A model generated the notes under the pieces. The model did not search any database. It was not told where the DNA came from and saw only the letters and a program-made list of their open reading frames with translations. A stretch of DNA of 64,000 nt. Origin: Octopus sinensis (taxonomy: Eukaryota). The position numbers and the translations under genes were made by a program. Positions 37,606-51,400 of this stretch are shown piece after piece (positions within the stretch are counted from its first letter, which is position 1; every line of letters starts with the position of its first letter). The stretch covers positions 22,630,001 to 22,694,000 of the forward strand of contig NC_043004.1 of the NCBI RefSeq assembly GCF_006345805.1, given 5' to 3'.

Positions 37606-38487
37606 GAAACAACAATCTATATGTAATCTATCTATCTATCTATATATCTATCTATCTATCCATCCATCCATCCATCCATCCATCCATCCATGTCTGTCTT
37701 ACTATCTATCTATCTATCTGTTTAAATATCTGTCTATCTGGCTATCTCTCTATATATGTGTGAGGAAATACTTACGGACAACTGACATGAGATAGAATAA
37801 GTGCGGTAATAAACGAGTGAAGGAAGAATATATAGTGCGTGTGATTCTTTGGCTAAAAAAAAGATGACCGTCCTGAAATACAACAATGTGGGCGTATGTG
37901 TGTGTGTGTGTTTTATATCGTAAACAGAAAAGAAACCTTGTGATTCGCCGTTCATTAACATAATAAATAAAATATCTAAATGAATGCCATAAGTTGATTA
38001 TCTTGATGTCCATCAAAGTCTCAGAACAAAATATTGGAAATTCGAAAATGAAGGGAGTTAATATAAAGGAGCTATATGATGATGGTGAAAGATTAATTTA
38101 TCTTTATTCTTGGTACATGATTTTAAAGACGGACGACTTAAAAGTGTAAACCAATAATTTAATATTCATTTATATTATTTTATTCTTTTCACCTTCATAA
38201 TTGGATTTCTTTTTTCGGGGATGATGGATATAAAAAGAAACGTGTTAACGGATTTTTTCTCATTCTAAATGATGGTCTTTTGTCTAATATGAATGACTTG
38301 ATATTTTTTCGTCCAAATCAGTTATGTGAATGAAGGCAAAAACATATGAATTACAAAGCAGTGTGCAGGATATCTTTTCTTCCCATCTCGTGTTATATGT
38401 GAGGACTGAATATTCACTTTCCGCGAAAGAAAATTTCTCATTTGAAAATTAATAAGAGATATTCATATATATATATATAATATATAT

Positions 38488-38531
<44 letters not shown>

Positions 38532-38819
38532 TGCGTGTGCGTATGTGTCTGTCGGTCTGCTTCTGTACTTAGCGATGTATATATATATATATATATAATA
38601 GATTAGGTACAGGTGTTTTCTATATAGAATACGCTTCGTTGTGCTCAAGTGATTTAAACTTGAGCAGGTGAGGAGAAAATGGAAGGATAAGCAGGTTAGG
38701 CAATTCGATAAACAAACAATATTAAATACATTTAATACAAAAAATGCGCATATGTTAGATAGATAATGTATATATATATATGTGTGTTTATATATAATTA
38801 TACTTATATATACACACAA

Positions 38820-38857
<38 letters not shown>

Positions 38858-38886
38858 GTATGTATGTATATATATATGTATATATC

Positions 38887-39008
38887 AGTGTGTATCTTTG
38901 TGTCTGTGTTTGCCCTCCAACCATCGCTTGACAACCTTGTCTTTATGTCCACGTGACATAGCGTTTCAGCAAAAGAAATCGAAAGAATAAGTACTAGGCT
39001 TTCAAAGA

Positions 39009-39010
<2 letters not shown>
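38887..39010 (+). mobile_element. SINE family A 3' fragment
   Basis: gtgtctgtgtttgccctccaaccatcgcttgacaacc...gaataagtactaggctttcaaagaat. Confidence 0.7.
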
Positions 39011-39068
<58 letters not shown>

Positions 39069-39085
39069 TGTGTGTGTGTGTGTAA

Positions 39086-39140
<55 letters not shown>

Positions 39141-39493
39141 CACGTACATACTTACATACATACACAGTCACACACACACACATACACACACACACACATA
39201 TATATATATAGATATAGTTGACTGACTAACTATAGCCCTTCATCGTTTAAAAGATAATTACATTTGTGATGCATGCGACAGAAAGAGGAAGCAGTCCTTC
39301 AGTAAACAATTAATAGTAAAGTACGAGGAGCTGTTTGTATGCAATCAGATTATGTTTCAGCTCTTAGCAACACCACTTCTTAAACATGTGAGTAGACACC
39401 CTACATTCTATGAAAACACAGGGATCAGTGCTAGTTTAATTTAATGTTTTATTATACATTAAGGTTTGTTAGTCTTTGAGATACAGACTTGCC

Positions 39494-39538
<45 letters not shown>

Positions 39539-40436
39539 ACTCACACATATTTAGTCTCTAATATATATGTGCAGGGTTATGCATATATATAATTATATTA
39601 TATACTGGTGCGTTAAGTGTCCAACATATGAGGCTCATGTGATAATAATAGTAAGAGTTTAAGAGTGTGAGAAACATGACGTGTCAGGCTTTCTATTGTG
39701 TAACCGGTAAATCGGTCAGAAGTAACTGATGCATGCTCCTTCAATGCTTCTATTGTTCAAGTCATCTTCAGAACTATAGACATTATAATGTCTGATAAAT
39801 ATTGTATATATATATATATATGTACATGAGTGAGCTTGGAGACACGACCAAGAGGAACATCTGTGCGAACCATTTAAAATAAAGAACATGAAACTAAGCA
39901 GAGCCTTGTCTTCTATTTTCTGTTTCTGATGCAGTTCAGTTTTCCTAGCTGAGATCATTTTGTAATGTATTTTTCTCTGTGGTTATAGGATAATTATAGA
40001 TAAATAAATACCATATTACTACACTTATATTTATACAAGAATATACTTGTCAATAGAATTCTTTCAACCAGTGAATTGGTTTGAATGAGAAGTAGGGGTA
40101 AATTAATCGATGAATTGTAATTGTATTATTGATTCCCTTTATGTTCCTTTGACTGAAATAATACTTTTTATGTTTCCACTGTCTGAAAATAGACAATAAA
40201 TAACATATGTATTAACTATATTTTATCATTTATTGTATCTCGCTTTAAATACATAAAGATAATTTTCCACCCGTTCCACCCCTAAATATCACTAAAATCA
40301 ATAATTATATCAAAGGAGTGTTATAATTAAAGTATATTTCATTGTGTAACACCGTAATTACATAAGGAAAAACCAAACATAATTAGTCTGAATTATCATC
40401 CTGTAAACAATATTAAGTACTTAATGTTGACCATGT

Positions 40437-40769
40437 GGAAGCACATGGCCTAGTGGTTAGAGCAGCGGATTGGCGGTCGAGGGCTCCTGGGTTCGAATCT
40501 CAGACCGGGTGATGTGTGTGTTTATGAGGGAAAAACCTAAGCTCCACCCGTTTCCGGCGGATGGTAATGGCGAACTTCTACCGACTCTTTCGCTAGAACT
40601 TTCTCTCACTGTTTCCTCAAGCATCTAGCAGCTCACCTGTCACGGACCGGCGTCCCGTCCAGGTGGTAAACCTATATGCCAATGAAACCGGGAAACGACT
40701 TATTCTTTGTAAGCCTAGGAAACCGGCCCTTATAAGTGAGATATGGCTCGACAAGGAACAAGCAACAAC
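40437..40769 (+). mobile_element. SINE family C variant with a different 3' tail
   Basis: tRNA-like head ggaagcacatggcctagtggttagagcagcgg...gggttcgaatctc; shared body up to aactttctctcact, then a distinct tail ending in (caa)n. Confidence 0.8.
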
Positions 40770-41934
40770 GTTTGTCATGCAAAATGGTGGATAGCATACT
40801 GCAAGAACAAACAACGAAAGTTTTCATGTTTAGCAAAACATCGATATTTCGTTAAATTCCTGGTAAAAATAATTATTTTGTTTACTTGTGAAATATATAT
40901 TTGATAAGGAATTCCTTGAAAGTTTTACTATAAATGGATGTCGAATAGGTATTTGCATGTGTATTGGAATATTTTATCGCTTATAATTCTGGAAAAAACT
41001 TCTGTAAAGTACTGCGGACAGAAGCTAAATTTATAACAATAAAGATGAGGAACATAATTCAGTCATTTAAAAAGTTGTAAACTAAATTAGCACCCAACAA
41101 TGTCACATTTATGAATCAGCATAAGTTATGTGTTGCTGACTGAACTTGATATATGCATTGTTGATGGAACAATGTAAACTTTAAACAACACAATGAATTT
41201 CACTATAAATAGTCACACTAGTTATCACGAGATTAAGCTTATAAATAACGTTAACAAAACTTCCGAAACTCAGTCTGGTAGTTAATATTTTCTTTGATAT
41301 TTATATAAAAATTGTTCTATTTTCATGTGGGTACATCTTTACTTAGAAAGGGTTTAATATTTCTCACATGAGATATCCTATAACAGGGCTATCGGGAATT
41401 AAACTACATTTTATGATAACATTATTAAGAACAAAAGATGCTATAAGCAATTTAAGGCCTGGAGTGTATTTTTATGAATCAATTAAGTTCACAATTTTAG
41501 ACAATACATTTTAACTTTCGACACTGCAAGCATATGACAATGTAGGCGGTCACTGTATACAATGCAAGTTATTTTTAAATGAACAGCGATAAAATTTGGA
41601 TGTGAAATTTTATCTAAGTATTTATAAGCATAACAATCGAATGCATATAGTGGTATGGTGTGAATCTACATGTCGCGGCTTATGTGCTATTAACTAGTCT
41701 AATATTGTTGATTCTCATATTACTATAATATTGTATAGGTTGAAGTTCCATAAATTATATAGTAATTCGACTCAAGAGGGATTTATTTGTATCAATTTCA
41801 CTTTTCTTTTGCAAGTCATGATTTGTTAACAATAACGTACTTGTGTGCGTGTGTGTTGTGTGTGTGTGTGTATGCGTGTGTGTGTGTATGTGTGTGTGTA
41901 TGTGTGTGTGTGTGTATGTGTGTGTGTGTATCAT

Positions 41935-42130
41935 CTTTTACTTGTTTCAGTCATTTGACTGCGGCCATGCTGAGGCGCCGCCTTCAGTCGACCAAGGACT
42001 CATTCTTTGTAAGCCTAGGACAGATTATTTCCGTCTCTTTTGCCAAACCGCCAATTAACAACCGATGCTGATGTGTTTACGTCCCCGTAAACACATCAGC
42101 ATCGGTTGACAATCGATGTTGGGGGCACAA
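41935..42130 (-). mobile_element. SINE family A 3' half
   Basis: ttttacttgtttcagtcatttgactgcggccatgctg...ttctttgtaagcctag. Confidence 0.85.
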
Positions 42131-42769
42131 TTGCTAGAAATAAGAGTCAGACAACTTATAGCTTCGTAAAAGCGCATTTATATATACTGACAGGGTAGAT
42201 AACTGGCCAATGAGCGAATACTAGACTGCACGGTTTCATCCTAGTGCGAATTGTCAGCAGTGTGCTTCCACTGCTTCCATAGAAGAGTTAATTCTCTCTG
42301 TCAATATATACATTGGCCAAATGTATTTATGGCTGATTTAGCGATATTTTCTCGGACAGAAATTTTCAGCGGTTGCAAGCATATGTATAAATATTCCTGA
42401 TTAACTTGTTGATATCTTTTCAGCCTTGTCAAGGAGGATAGCTCTTTTACCTTTTTACTTATTACTTCTTGTGTTTCCCATTTTCCGGTTTTTTACCTTC
42501 TGCGCTTTATATATATTGCATTTTCATTTTTTGGGGGGTTTATTCTCTTATCCAATTCTCTTCTTTTAGTTCGTTATCATATGTAGTTTGGGATATTTCT
42601 CAACATACGAAATAGCACTTAAAGACATGTATTGTGTCTTTTAAATAAATAATATTCATCTCTCACAAGATTATCATGGAACAGTCCATTATATATATAA
42701 AGTACTATTATTATTATTAATAGTAATAATAATGATAACAAAGTGGCCACAAAGTTTAACGTATATATA

Positions 42770-43270
42770 TATTTTCCTCATCCTTACATCCACATCCACA
42801 TACTCTACCTCTACCCCCACCCTTGCTTTCCCCACTCCCACTTCACCCACATTACATCACACCACCACACACACACTAGCACTGACCACTTCCCAGCCCC
42901 ACACTCTCATCCACACACCTACACATACACACACGCACACGTCAAGTTCACCAGCCCTCTTCCACACGCACATACATGCTCTCTTATGCACACTCACACG
43001 CACCTTCGTTTTGGGAGCACCACTACTTCATTATCTCCCCTTATTTCTAGCACTCCTGTGTGATCCCTCTGTCCAGCATTCGCCATGATAGATCGCTAGC
43101 CGCTACACATTCTTTATTTTCTCTCCTTGTTTCTTTCTGTGTTCCTTTCTCTAGAAAAGTGTAGGCTCAAAACGTTAAAGACTTTTACACTTCCCGAACG
43201 TTAAACTAATACATTTGTTTGTTGTCTACACCACCTGTCTTCGTATTTTGTCTTTTATGTGAATTCTCCC
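42770..43270 (+). mobile_element. Probable PLE-type terminal repeat relic ending at a short (TA)n tract
   Basis: C/A-rich stretch, then an HHR-shaped relic at 43145-43180, about 90 bp of tail and (TA)n. Family recognised from memory only. Confidence 0.45.
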
Positions 43271-43312
43271 ATATATATATATAGCCAAATATGTGTGTAT
43301 CATTATCTATCA

Positions 43313-43343
<31 letters not shown>

Positions 43344-44301
43344 CGCGTTTGAGTGTGTGTCTCTGTGTGTTTGTGTGAGTCTGCTTGCGCGTCTCTGCGT
43401 GTGTCTGTTTGTGTGTATGTGTATGTACGTGTGTGTTTGTGTGTGTGTGTATGTGATAGCTCTCGACTTTTTAATCGCCTACGACTCTCCAAAACACTAC
43501 CACTGACAGGGTACATACACGTAGGTGCCAAATCAGTTAAAAACCAAAACACGCAAGCTCGCAGGTCATTTAGAACTGAATATTTACTAGAAGACGGTTA
43601 CATTCTGTGTGATAGGAAATGACATTTTAATCATGTAAAAGATTTGCAAATGTTTCCGCACAGACAACACGAAGATGCTTGAGTTTGTTGTGAAGACTAC
43701 AGGGAAATGTTATTGCGAAATTTGATGTTGCTTTCCAACCCTGACTTCCTCATGTAGACTTTGGTGCAAACAGAGCAAGATAACCAATGAGATCGCTACT
43801 GTAAAATGTCTGTAGGGGACTTAAGTGTGTGCGTCTGCTTCTGATTGACTACTCCAGATTGGGGAGAGAAATATGGTTGCAGGTATCACAAATTAGGTGA
43901 GAAGGATCATTCGTCACAAGCCGTTCATATCTTGCTCCTCTTTTTATCAATGCGTGTTTCTGTTTATTATCTTCAAATAAGGAAGCACCTTCTCAGATTT
44001 TTCTCTTACATTTTGGTTGGTCCATTTCATTACTCTCTCAGTTTGTACGCATCATATTCAAACTGCTTAAAGGACAACTGTCATATTTTTGAAACGCGCA
44101 TTTGGTTTACATCGAACCCTCTTTGCTCCATTTATCTTACCACGTAACTTTTTTTTTTTTTGTGTGTGCATCCGTTGATCGCACAGCTGTGCTTTCTCAA
44201 ATGGTCATACAAATCCTAACAGGAAGAACATTGTGACAGTATTTAAAATAAACTGCAAATGGTATTCAATCATTTGAATGAATATACATCGAGGTTGGAA
44301 G

Positions 44302-44371
<70 letters not shown>

Positions 44372-45799
44372 CAGACAAACAGTTTCAGAGAGATAGATAG
44401 ACAAACATACAGACAGATGGACAGATAGATCGATAGATATATGTGTATGCATGCTTTTCTGCATGATTAATTGTCTTTGTGTGGCATTTTAAAAGATTTT
44501 GTGGGAGTTTTTAAATGTTAAATAGGCTGAATACGGATTAAATGTCCATTTTTTTTTATTGAAATAATTATGTTCGCCGCTAACAAAATATCCTGACGGT
44601 GTTGCGTCTTTACACATACATACATGCAAAACAACCTGTGTGTGTGCGTCTGTGTGTGTATTTGCGCGTGTTTGTGTGCGTGTGTGTGCGTATGTGTGTG
44701 TATTTCCGCGTGTTTGTGTGCGTGTGTGTGTGTGCGTATGTGTAAGTGCAGGTATGCGATAGAAATAAAAAAAAATATTGCGAGAGAGCTAGACAGAGTT
44801 TGGCTATGCAAATGTGGACTGGATAAAAATTTATTGATTGTTATTTTGTCATTATTTATGGCTATTAAATTATTAAACGTTGCTCAAATTCTACTGTAAA
44901 TGTCTGCATATTTAGGATGTTCGTTTCATAACGACTCCGAAACTTAAGCTCGAACCGAGAACTCTCAGTGAATTGAATTCATTAAGCCAACATTACATAT
45001 ATACATAAAGAATACGGGGGACAGTAAGCAAAAGAAGAAAGATATATCTCGCATAATTAGCAGTCTGAATTAATATATTACAAGTTAGAAGTTCCCTTTC
45101 TATTCCCGATGTTAGAACATCGCTAACAAATTGCCCAGAGTAACGATTTCGGAAGATTCAAATTCCTACAAAGTGTGTAGGCTTATACAGGTATCACACA
45201 GATAACTCGCAGATGATACACTGGTGGCGATTTTCCTTTCTTGCATTTTTCAGTTACCTATACCAAGTTTGTTTGTTTTGTTTTTTTACAACAAGGCAAA
45301 TTTTCGCTATACTGATGAATGTTTTACTACCCATATTCTGCGTATCTAGGCACTCAGATGCCCTGCATTGAAAAAGATTTAAGAAATGTGAGACGCGTTT
45401 GCCGTTCTTGTGTCTCACTGCGGCGACGACGTTCATCTAATTCTTAAAAGTATTAAATGACAACATAGCACAACGAAACAAAAAAAAATTAATGCGCAAG
45501 TATCTCCCCCCTCCCGGCACACACACACACACACACGTATTCCTCGCGAACTCCATCACCATGTTTGTTCAAGGAAACATGTACCGTCAAATACAATGAC
45601 ACGGTAGATAAATTCCCCTTTCTATTGAATTTGTTGCTGGAATGTCGATCTCACAGCATTGACCAACAGAGTAGCCCAGTTTCTCTTTGCCTTCTTGATT
45701 GCCTGTATGTTTCAATTTCTTTAACTCGACATGAAAGTGCTAAGTTTCTGTCAGACAACTACGGAACTTTAAGCCTAATGTGCCCGAATCAAAATGTTT

Positions 45800-46032
45800 G
45801 GACTGACTATGTGGTAAGAAGCTTGCTTCCCGACTAAATAGTTCGTGGTTCAGTCCCACAGCGTGACACCTTGTGCAAATGTCTTCTACTATAGCCTCGG
45901 ACAGACCAAAGCCTTGTGAGGTGATTTGGTAGACGGAAACTGAAAGAAGCCTGTCATATATAGACATCTATGTGTGAGTGTTTGTGACTGTGTTTGTCCC
46001 CCACCACCTCGTGTCAACGGGTGTCGGTGCGT
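45800..46032 (+). mobile_element. SINE family A 5' two-thirds
   Basis: gtggtaagaagcttgcttccc...ggttcagtcccacagcgtgacaccttgtgcaaatgtcttctactatagcctcgg...ggtagacggaaactgaaagaagcc. Confidence 0.85.
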
Positions 46033-46035
46033 TTG

Positions 46036-46156
46036 CATCCATTCACAATGCTTTGGTCGGTCCGAGTCTGTAGTAGAAAACATCCAAGGTGCCGTGCAGT
46101 GGGACTGAACCCGGAACTATGTGGTGTAGGAAGACAGCTGATTACCACACAGCCAC
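46036..46156 (-). mobile_element. SINE family A 5' fragment, inverted against the adjacent copy
   Basis: gctttggtcggtccgag...ccaaggtgccgtgcagtgggactgaacccggaac...accacacagccac. Confidence 0.8.
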
Positions 46157-47345
46157 AATATTTTGTCTTCTAACAGAGTGTATACATTTAGGATGATACA
46201 CAGATGAGAGAGAGAGAGATAGAGAAAGAAATTGAGGGAGTTAGTGGAGAAATTAACGAATTTCTGATATATTATTCTTGGTAGTCTCTGAACCGAATGT
46301 AAACGACGGAAAAATCGAAATAGTTAGGATAGTACATAAGCTCAGTTGGATAATCGTGTTAGGTTTTGTGATATTGGTCTATTATTGCACTGTCACGGGA
46401 AATCAGTTCCCTTCAGTAATAAATTATTCGACTAGTAAAGAATATTTAGTTTTCGGCCATGAAAATCTCATTTCAAGTTAAATAATAGGGATTTCTTATA
46501 ACAGACACCCAAAAATAGATTGCCTATACCTGTTTAGTTGTTAGAAAATCTTGTCAGTGGATGAAACTAACGTTGATTTTAAATCTATATTCTTTAACAC
46601 GTGTTTTCTTCCGAATATGTTTTCGCACAATAATTCTGATTAATATATACATAATATATTGAGAAATAATTTCCCTAGAAAGTTGTTAAAGATGCAATAA
46701 AAAAAAAAAAAACAAATAGAGAATGATGAAATTAGAATATAAATTTAAGTTATTTACTTCGTACCTTTATTACATTTCTGAGCACAGGTTAATTCTGAAT
46801 ATTAGAAAATTTATTTCACTTTCAATATTTCCAGTATTAATTTTATATCTAAATATTCTAGCAGTAGCATAATACATTGTGATGGTTAATGAACCAGATA
46901 AATTCTAAAGACTAAAATATTAATTACGTACAATGACGCGAGGCTACTAGTGTACAGAAAGAGTGGTTAGATATATCTTCACCACCCTGAAAGTACAAAA
47001 AAGAGGCAGAAATTCTAGTATTGGAAACATTTGAATCCTAGTGTATGGTCTTTCTGGTATAATGGCTTCTTTGTCTCAGGTAGTAAATGTAGTAACGAAA
47101 GGAAATAAACCCTATTTTATTGATACCAGAAGTGTAAAACTGATAGACATCTCCAGCAAATACTGAATTCTGATTGTAAAATGGATTCAACTTGAAAATA
47201 ATAATAAAATGTTAATCAAAAACTGTGTGTAATTAGTCAAACAGTAGAATATAGAAAAGAGTGCTTGAAATATCATAAAAAGCAGCTGAAATGGAGAAGT
47301 GAAGGGAATGGAAATTGAAAACATACATGAATATATACATGTACC

Positions 47346-47518
47346 TGCATGCATACATACATTCATACATACATTCATACATACATTCATACATACATAC
47401 ATACATGCATACATACATACATACATACATACACACATACATACATACATACATACATACATACATACATACATACATACATACATACATACATACATAC
47501 ATACATACATACATACAT
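47346..47518. repeat. (ACAT)n microsatellite
   Basis: Directly visible. Confidence 0.95.
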
Positions 47519-48914
47519 GTATATGTAAACGTATGTTGTATCAATGAAAAAGTAGTATGTACACATTCTGAAACATTAGTATCTAGGAAATATTTTAAAA
47601 GAACAGGCATCTGGAAAACAACAAACTATGTGTGAAAACTACATTTAAACAAGCATTCAAAGTAGTTAGTAAATTATTCAATAGAGAGCAGTGCTAAACA
47701 CAGTAGGCATTCAAAAGTGTGTTCATACATCCGTAAGAACCCATATCATTGAGAAACTGATCATAGAATTGATTAATCAAGGTTGGTCCAGAACAATACT
47801 CACCGATTTAACGATTTTCTTTGTGATAGGCATTGAACTAGTTCATACGGATTATTTTAACGTATTATTTCTTTGTGAATATTTATTGAAATATTACAAA
47901 ATATAAATTTTCAAAGACTCCACTAATAATTATCGAGCAACAACATTGCATGTATGCCTCCACCTCTTTTCACTAACTGCTACTGATAATTATAATTTTA
48001 AGACATTATTTCCAAACAATAAATCTTTCTCAAAAAAAGTATGAGATACAGAAAAGCCTATAATATGTGTGATTTCTTTCATTAAGAAAGCAAAATTTTA
48101 TTAAAATAATCGCATTTATTAGAATGTCAAAGAAGAAAAAGTTATGTATAGAAGAGATTATAGGTGACACAAAGCCCTGGAGAAGTGAGCATAGGAGATT
48201 AAAACATAATGTCTATTTACAGGTGTTCGTCTGATATGCAAAGTCACTAATTAATCGTTAAATTTAATGTTCATAAGACTTCTATTTCTTTCATTTTCAA
48301 CTTTAATGAACTTTTCTTGAAAAACACGAATTTTCAGAAGAGAAGATATTTTAATGAATCACGCACAGCTAATGAGAAAACTTTTATCGTAGCTGCCTGA
48401 ATATATTAAAAGTCTATCAACTTTCAGATTTATATTACTCGGCACTGTTGATTTCTGACTTCAGCCTCTCGACTTAGCTGGCAAGCCATTAATGAGATTA
48501 CATAAAGATGTATTCGTTAAGAGTGAGCATACACAGCTTATTTGACGTTTGGTTATCCGACAATCTGGAATTGTACATGTGAAATTACAGTAGGGACTTG
48601 TTGAATTTTACGAGAGCATGTAGAGTTGATAAGATGCAGGAGCCATGAAGATAAATGACAACAGCAACAATCTATAATGTAGAATTTGGTAGCTATTGCT
48701 TCCTCTAATATTATACACTCAACAGCCAGATAAATGTTTAAACTTATTTTGTCGAGACCAGATTAATACATATCAGACGTACACTGAATTTTAATTCCCC
48801 TGTATTACCTCTAACCGCAAACTGAAGTCCCATTATTGCATCGTGTACTATTAAAATGGTACGTTTTCGATCACACGTTATGAAATACAATGTGTACTAA
48901 AGTGTAGCTATGAC

Positions 48915-49123
48915 CGAGGTACTGAAAAGTTCCTGGCTTTGAATAAAACAAAATAGAGGAGGATCAGTAAATTATGATTTCACTCAATATATTCTCAGAT
49001 TCACATACTTATTGCAGCTTTCCTTTCAGCTTTTCAAAATCTGAATGTAAAAAACTCGGAATGTTCGGCTTACTTCCAGACCTTTCTCGATACCCTTAAA
49101 GTCAGGAACTTTTCAGTGCCCTG
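48915..49123. mobile_element. Tc1/mariner-type MITE
   Basis: TIRs cgaggtactgaaaagttcctggcttt / aaagtcaggaacttttcagtgccctg about 160 bp apart; outer ends eroded, so the TA TSD is not confirmed. Confidence 0.7.
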
Positions 49124-50462
49124 TCATATGTACCATTCTACAACCAGGTTGTTGTAACCTACAAAAATGTCTATTGCCGGAAAGACAATGCCACTCTTTT
49201 CTCTTACGTGCCAAGGAGTCAACCAACTTAGATATAACTTGTCAAATCTGAAATGCCTTAATGAAAAGAAACATGAAATAACGGAGAAAAGCACAATATA
49301 GTTTTGCAACAACATAAAAGTTGCACCATTGTTCATATGAAAAACGTGTTAGGCATAACACGTAAAGAAAACCTCCTAAATCGCTATAAAATCTATGTCG
49401 TAGAATTTTTGATAAATATTTTTGCTAACTCTAAAACATTACTATAGTAAAAAGCAAATTGTCACAAACCATTTAAGAACCACAAAATACATCCGATCTA
49501 CAAAGCATCAATGAGATTCACAAACGAATACTCCCAAGTTAGGCCTAGAGATATACATACAGGTATTCAGCAACGATAAAACTTTCACCTGGTTGTTCGA
49601 GTTGCTGGGTATAACAACTGCAATACTTCCAAATTATACCTTACTGTCTTTAAAGAAAAACAAACTCAAGAAACACTTCATTACATAATTTAATTCTAGA
49701 TATTCGTTAGAAAACCGTAAAGTCACGACTAGAATGTTCTAGATCATAATTCCGTTTAATACGGGCAGAATTGCCTTAAACAAAAGACACAACACGCATA
49801 GTACTACTACTACTATTATTACTACTAATAATAATAATAAGAAGAAGAAGAAGAAGAAGAAGAAGAACAGCAGCAGCAACAACAATAATAATAATACATC
49901 TGTTAGGAAACCACCCATTGCATTCGGCTGCTCTACTCAACTACATTTAACGCATCTAGATTTCTTAGAGCTATAATATTTCACTAACCCCATTCGAGCC
50001 CAGCATTTATGCCTCCTGAATTCAATTCTCCATCACTATATCCTGCAGATGTCGACTTCACAGATGTTTCAAATGAAGATCTAACGTATCGATGACACCT
50101 GCCTCGAAAGATCTATGAAAGTTAGATTCACTGTTTATTCTTCCACAATGTACCATATAAAAACATGTAGATTGTATATTTGGGAAAAGTGTTGAAGGGC
50201 CGATTTTTGCAATACACACAGGAGCACATACATACATATGTACTGACAGACAGATAGCTAGCTACCTAGATAGATAGATATGCGTGTGTGTATGTAAGTG
50301 TGTATATCTACATATATATGTAGACACACACATATATATATACATACAAAAGTATTTACACGCGTATATATATATGTATATATATATATATGTTTGTGTG
50401 TCTGTGTTTGTCCCCCCAACATCGATTGACAAGCGATGCTGGTGTGTTTACGTCCACGTCAC

Positions 50463-50493
<31 letters not shown>

Positions 50494-50495
50494 TA

Positions 50496-50672
50496 GGACT
50501 TACAAATATATATAACATACAAAAATTGCACTAATGGGCACTGCACACATCCTACTCTGAACACTTTCAATTCAGTAACCATCAGAGCATCACAGCAAAT
50601 CACAGCACATACCCAAGGCACACAGAGCTGCGTACGGTAGTGAAGTGAAAGCACGCAATAAAAATAAAACTA

Positions 50673-50675
<3 letters not shown>
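50496..50675 (+). mobile_element. Extreme 3' end of a Dong/R4-type RLE element between two (AAT)n arrays
   Basis: GLTNIYNIQKIALMGTAHILL*TLSIQ* matches the LQK.ALLGTA.ILR..L terminus seen at 4151-4310; (AAT)n at 50467-50495 and 50676-50750. Confidence 0.8.
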
Positions 50676-50733
<58 letters not shown>

Positions 50734-51052
50734 TAATAATAATAATAATAGATGTAAATGTTCCCACTGACAAACATATATATGTAACGGAATTTGACAA
50801 ATTAAGTAAATATTATGTTGAGGAGAAAATTCGTGAGCCTTGTTAAAATAATGGGGTTTTTTTTATATAAGAAGAATGATGATGATGATGGTTTCTAAAT
50901 TAGATAAAAAGCCATCAAAATCGAGCGCAAAGAGTCAGTTGATTAAACATACTCAAAAGTGATTCTTCTTTTTAAGAACTTACGGGTAAAGTAAGGCAAG
51001 GAGCATTTGTACATAGGCCGACTGCACCTTTTGTGATAATACTGAACAGTCT

Positions 51053-51400
51053 AGGCGCATGGCTCAGCGGTTAGAGCGTCGAGCTTACGATCGTGAGTTT
51101 GTGAGCTCGAATCCCGGACCGGGCTGCGTGTTGTGTTCTCGAGCAAGGCACTTTATTTTTTTCACGTTGCTCCAGTTCACTCAGCTGTAGAAATGAGTTG
51201 CGACGTCACTGGTGCCAAGCTCTATCGATCTTTGTCTTTCCCTTGGATAATACTGGTGGCGTGGAGAGGGGAGGCTGGTATGCATGGGCGACTGCTGGCC
51301 TTCCATAAACAACCTTGCCCGGACTTGTGTCTAGGAGGGTAACTTTCTAGGTGCAATCCCATGGTCATTCATGACCGAAGGGGGTCTTTACCTTTACCTT
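51053..51400 (+). mobile_element. tRNA-derived SINE family D
   Basis: ggcgcatggctcagcggttagagcg (A box), agctcgaatccc (B box variant), central gagcaaggcactt...cactcagctgtagaaatgagt, tail tttacctttacc. Confidence 0.78.

Noticed and set aside
39723-39776. Minus-strand tagtt-CTGAAGA-tgactt..aagca-tt-GAAG-gagcatgca-TC-agtta
   Set aside because: GAAA is not intact, there are extra unpaired bases, and stem I depends on two wobbles; plausibly chance or too decayed.
45235-45395. Strong acceptor ttttcctttcttgcatttttcag with possible donor gtgaga
   Set aside because: No open frame or recognisable protein; insufficient for an exon call without RNA data.
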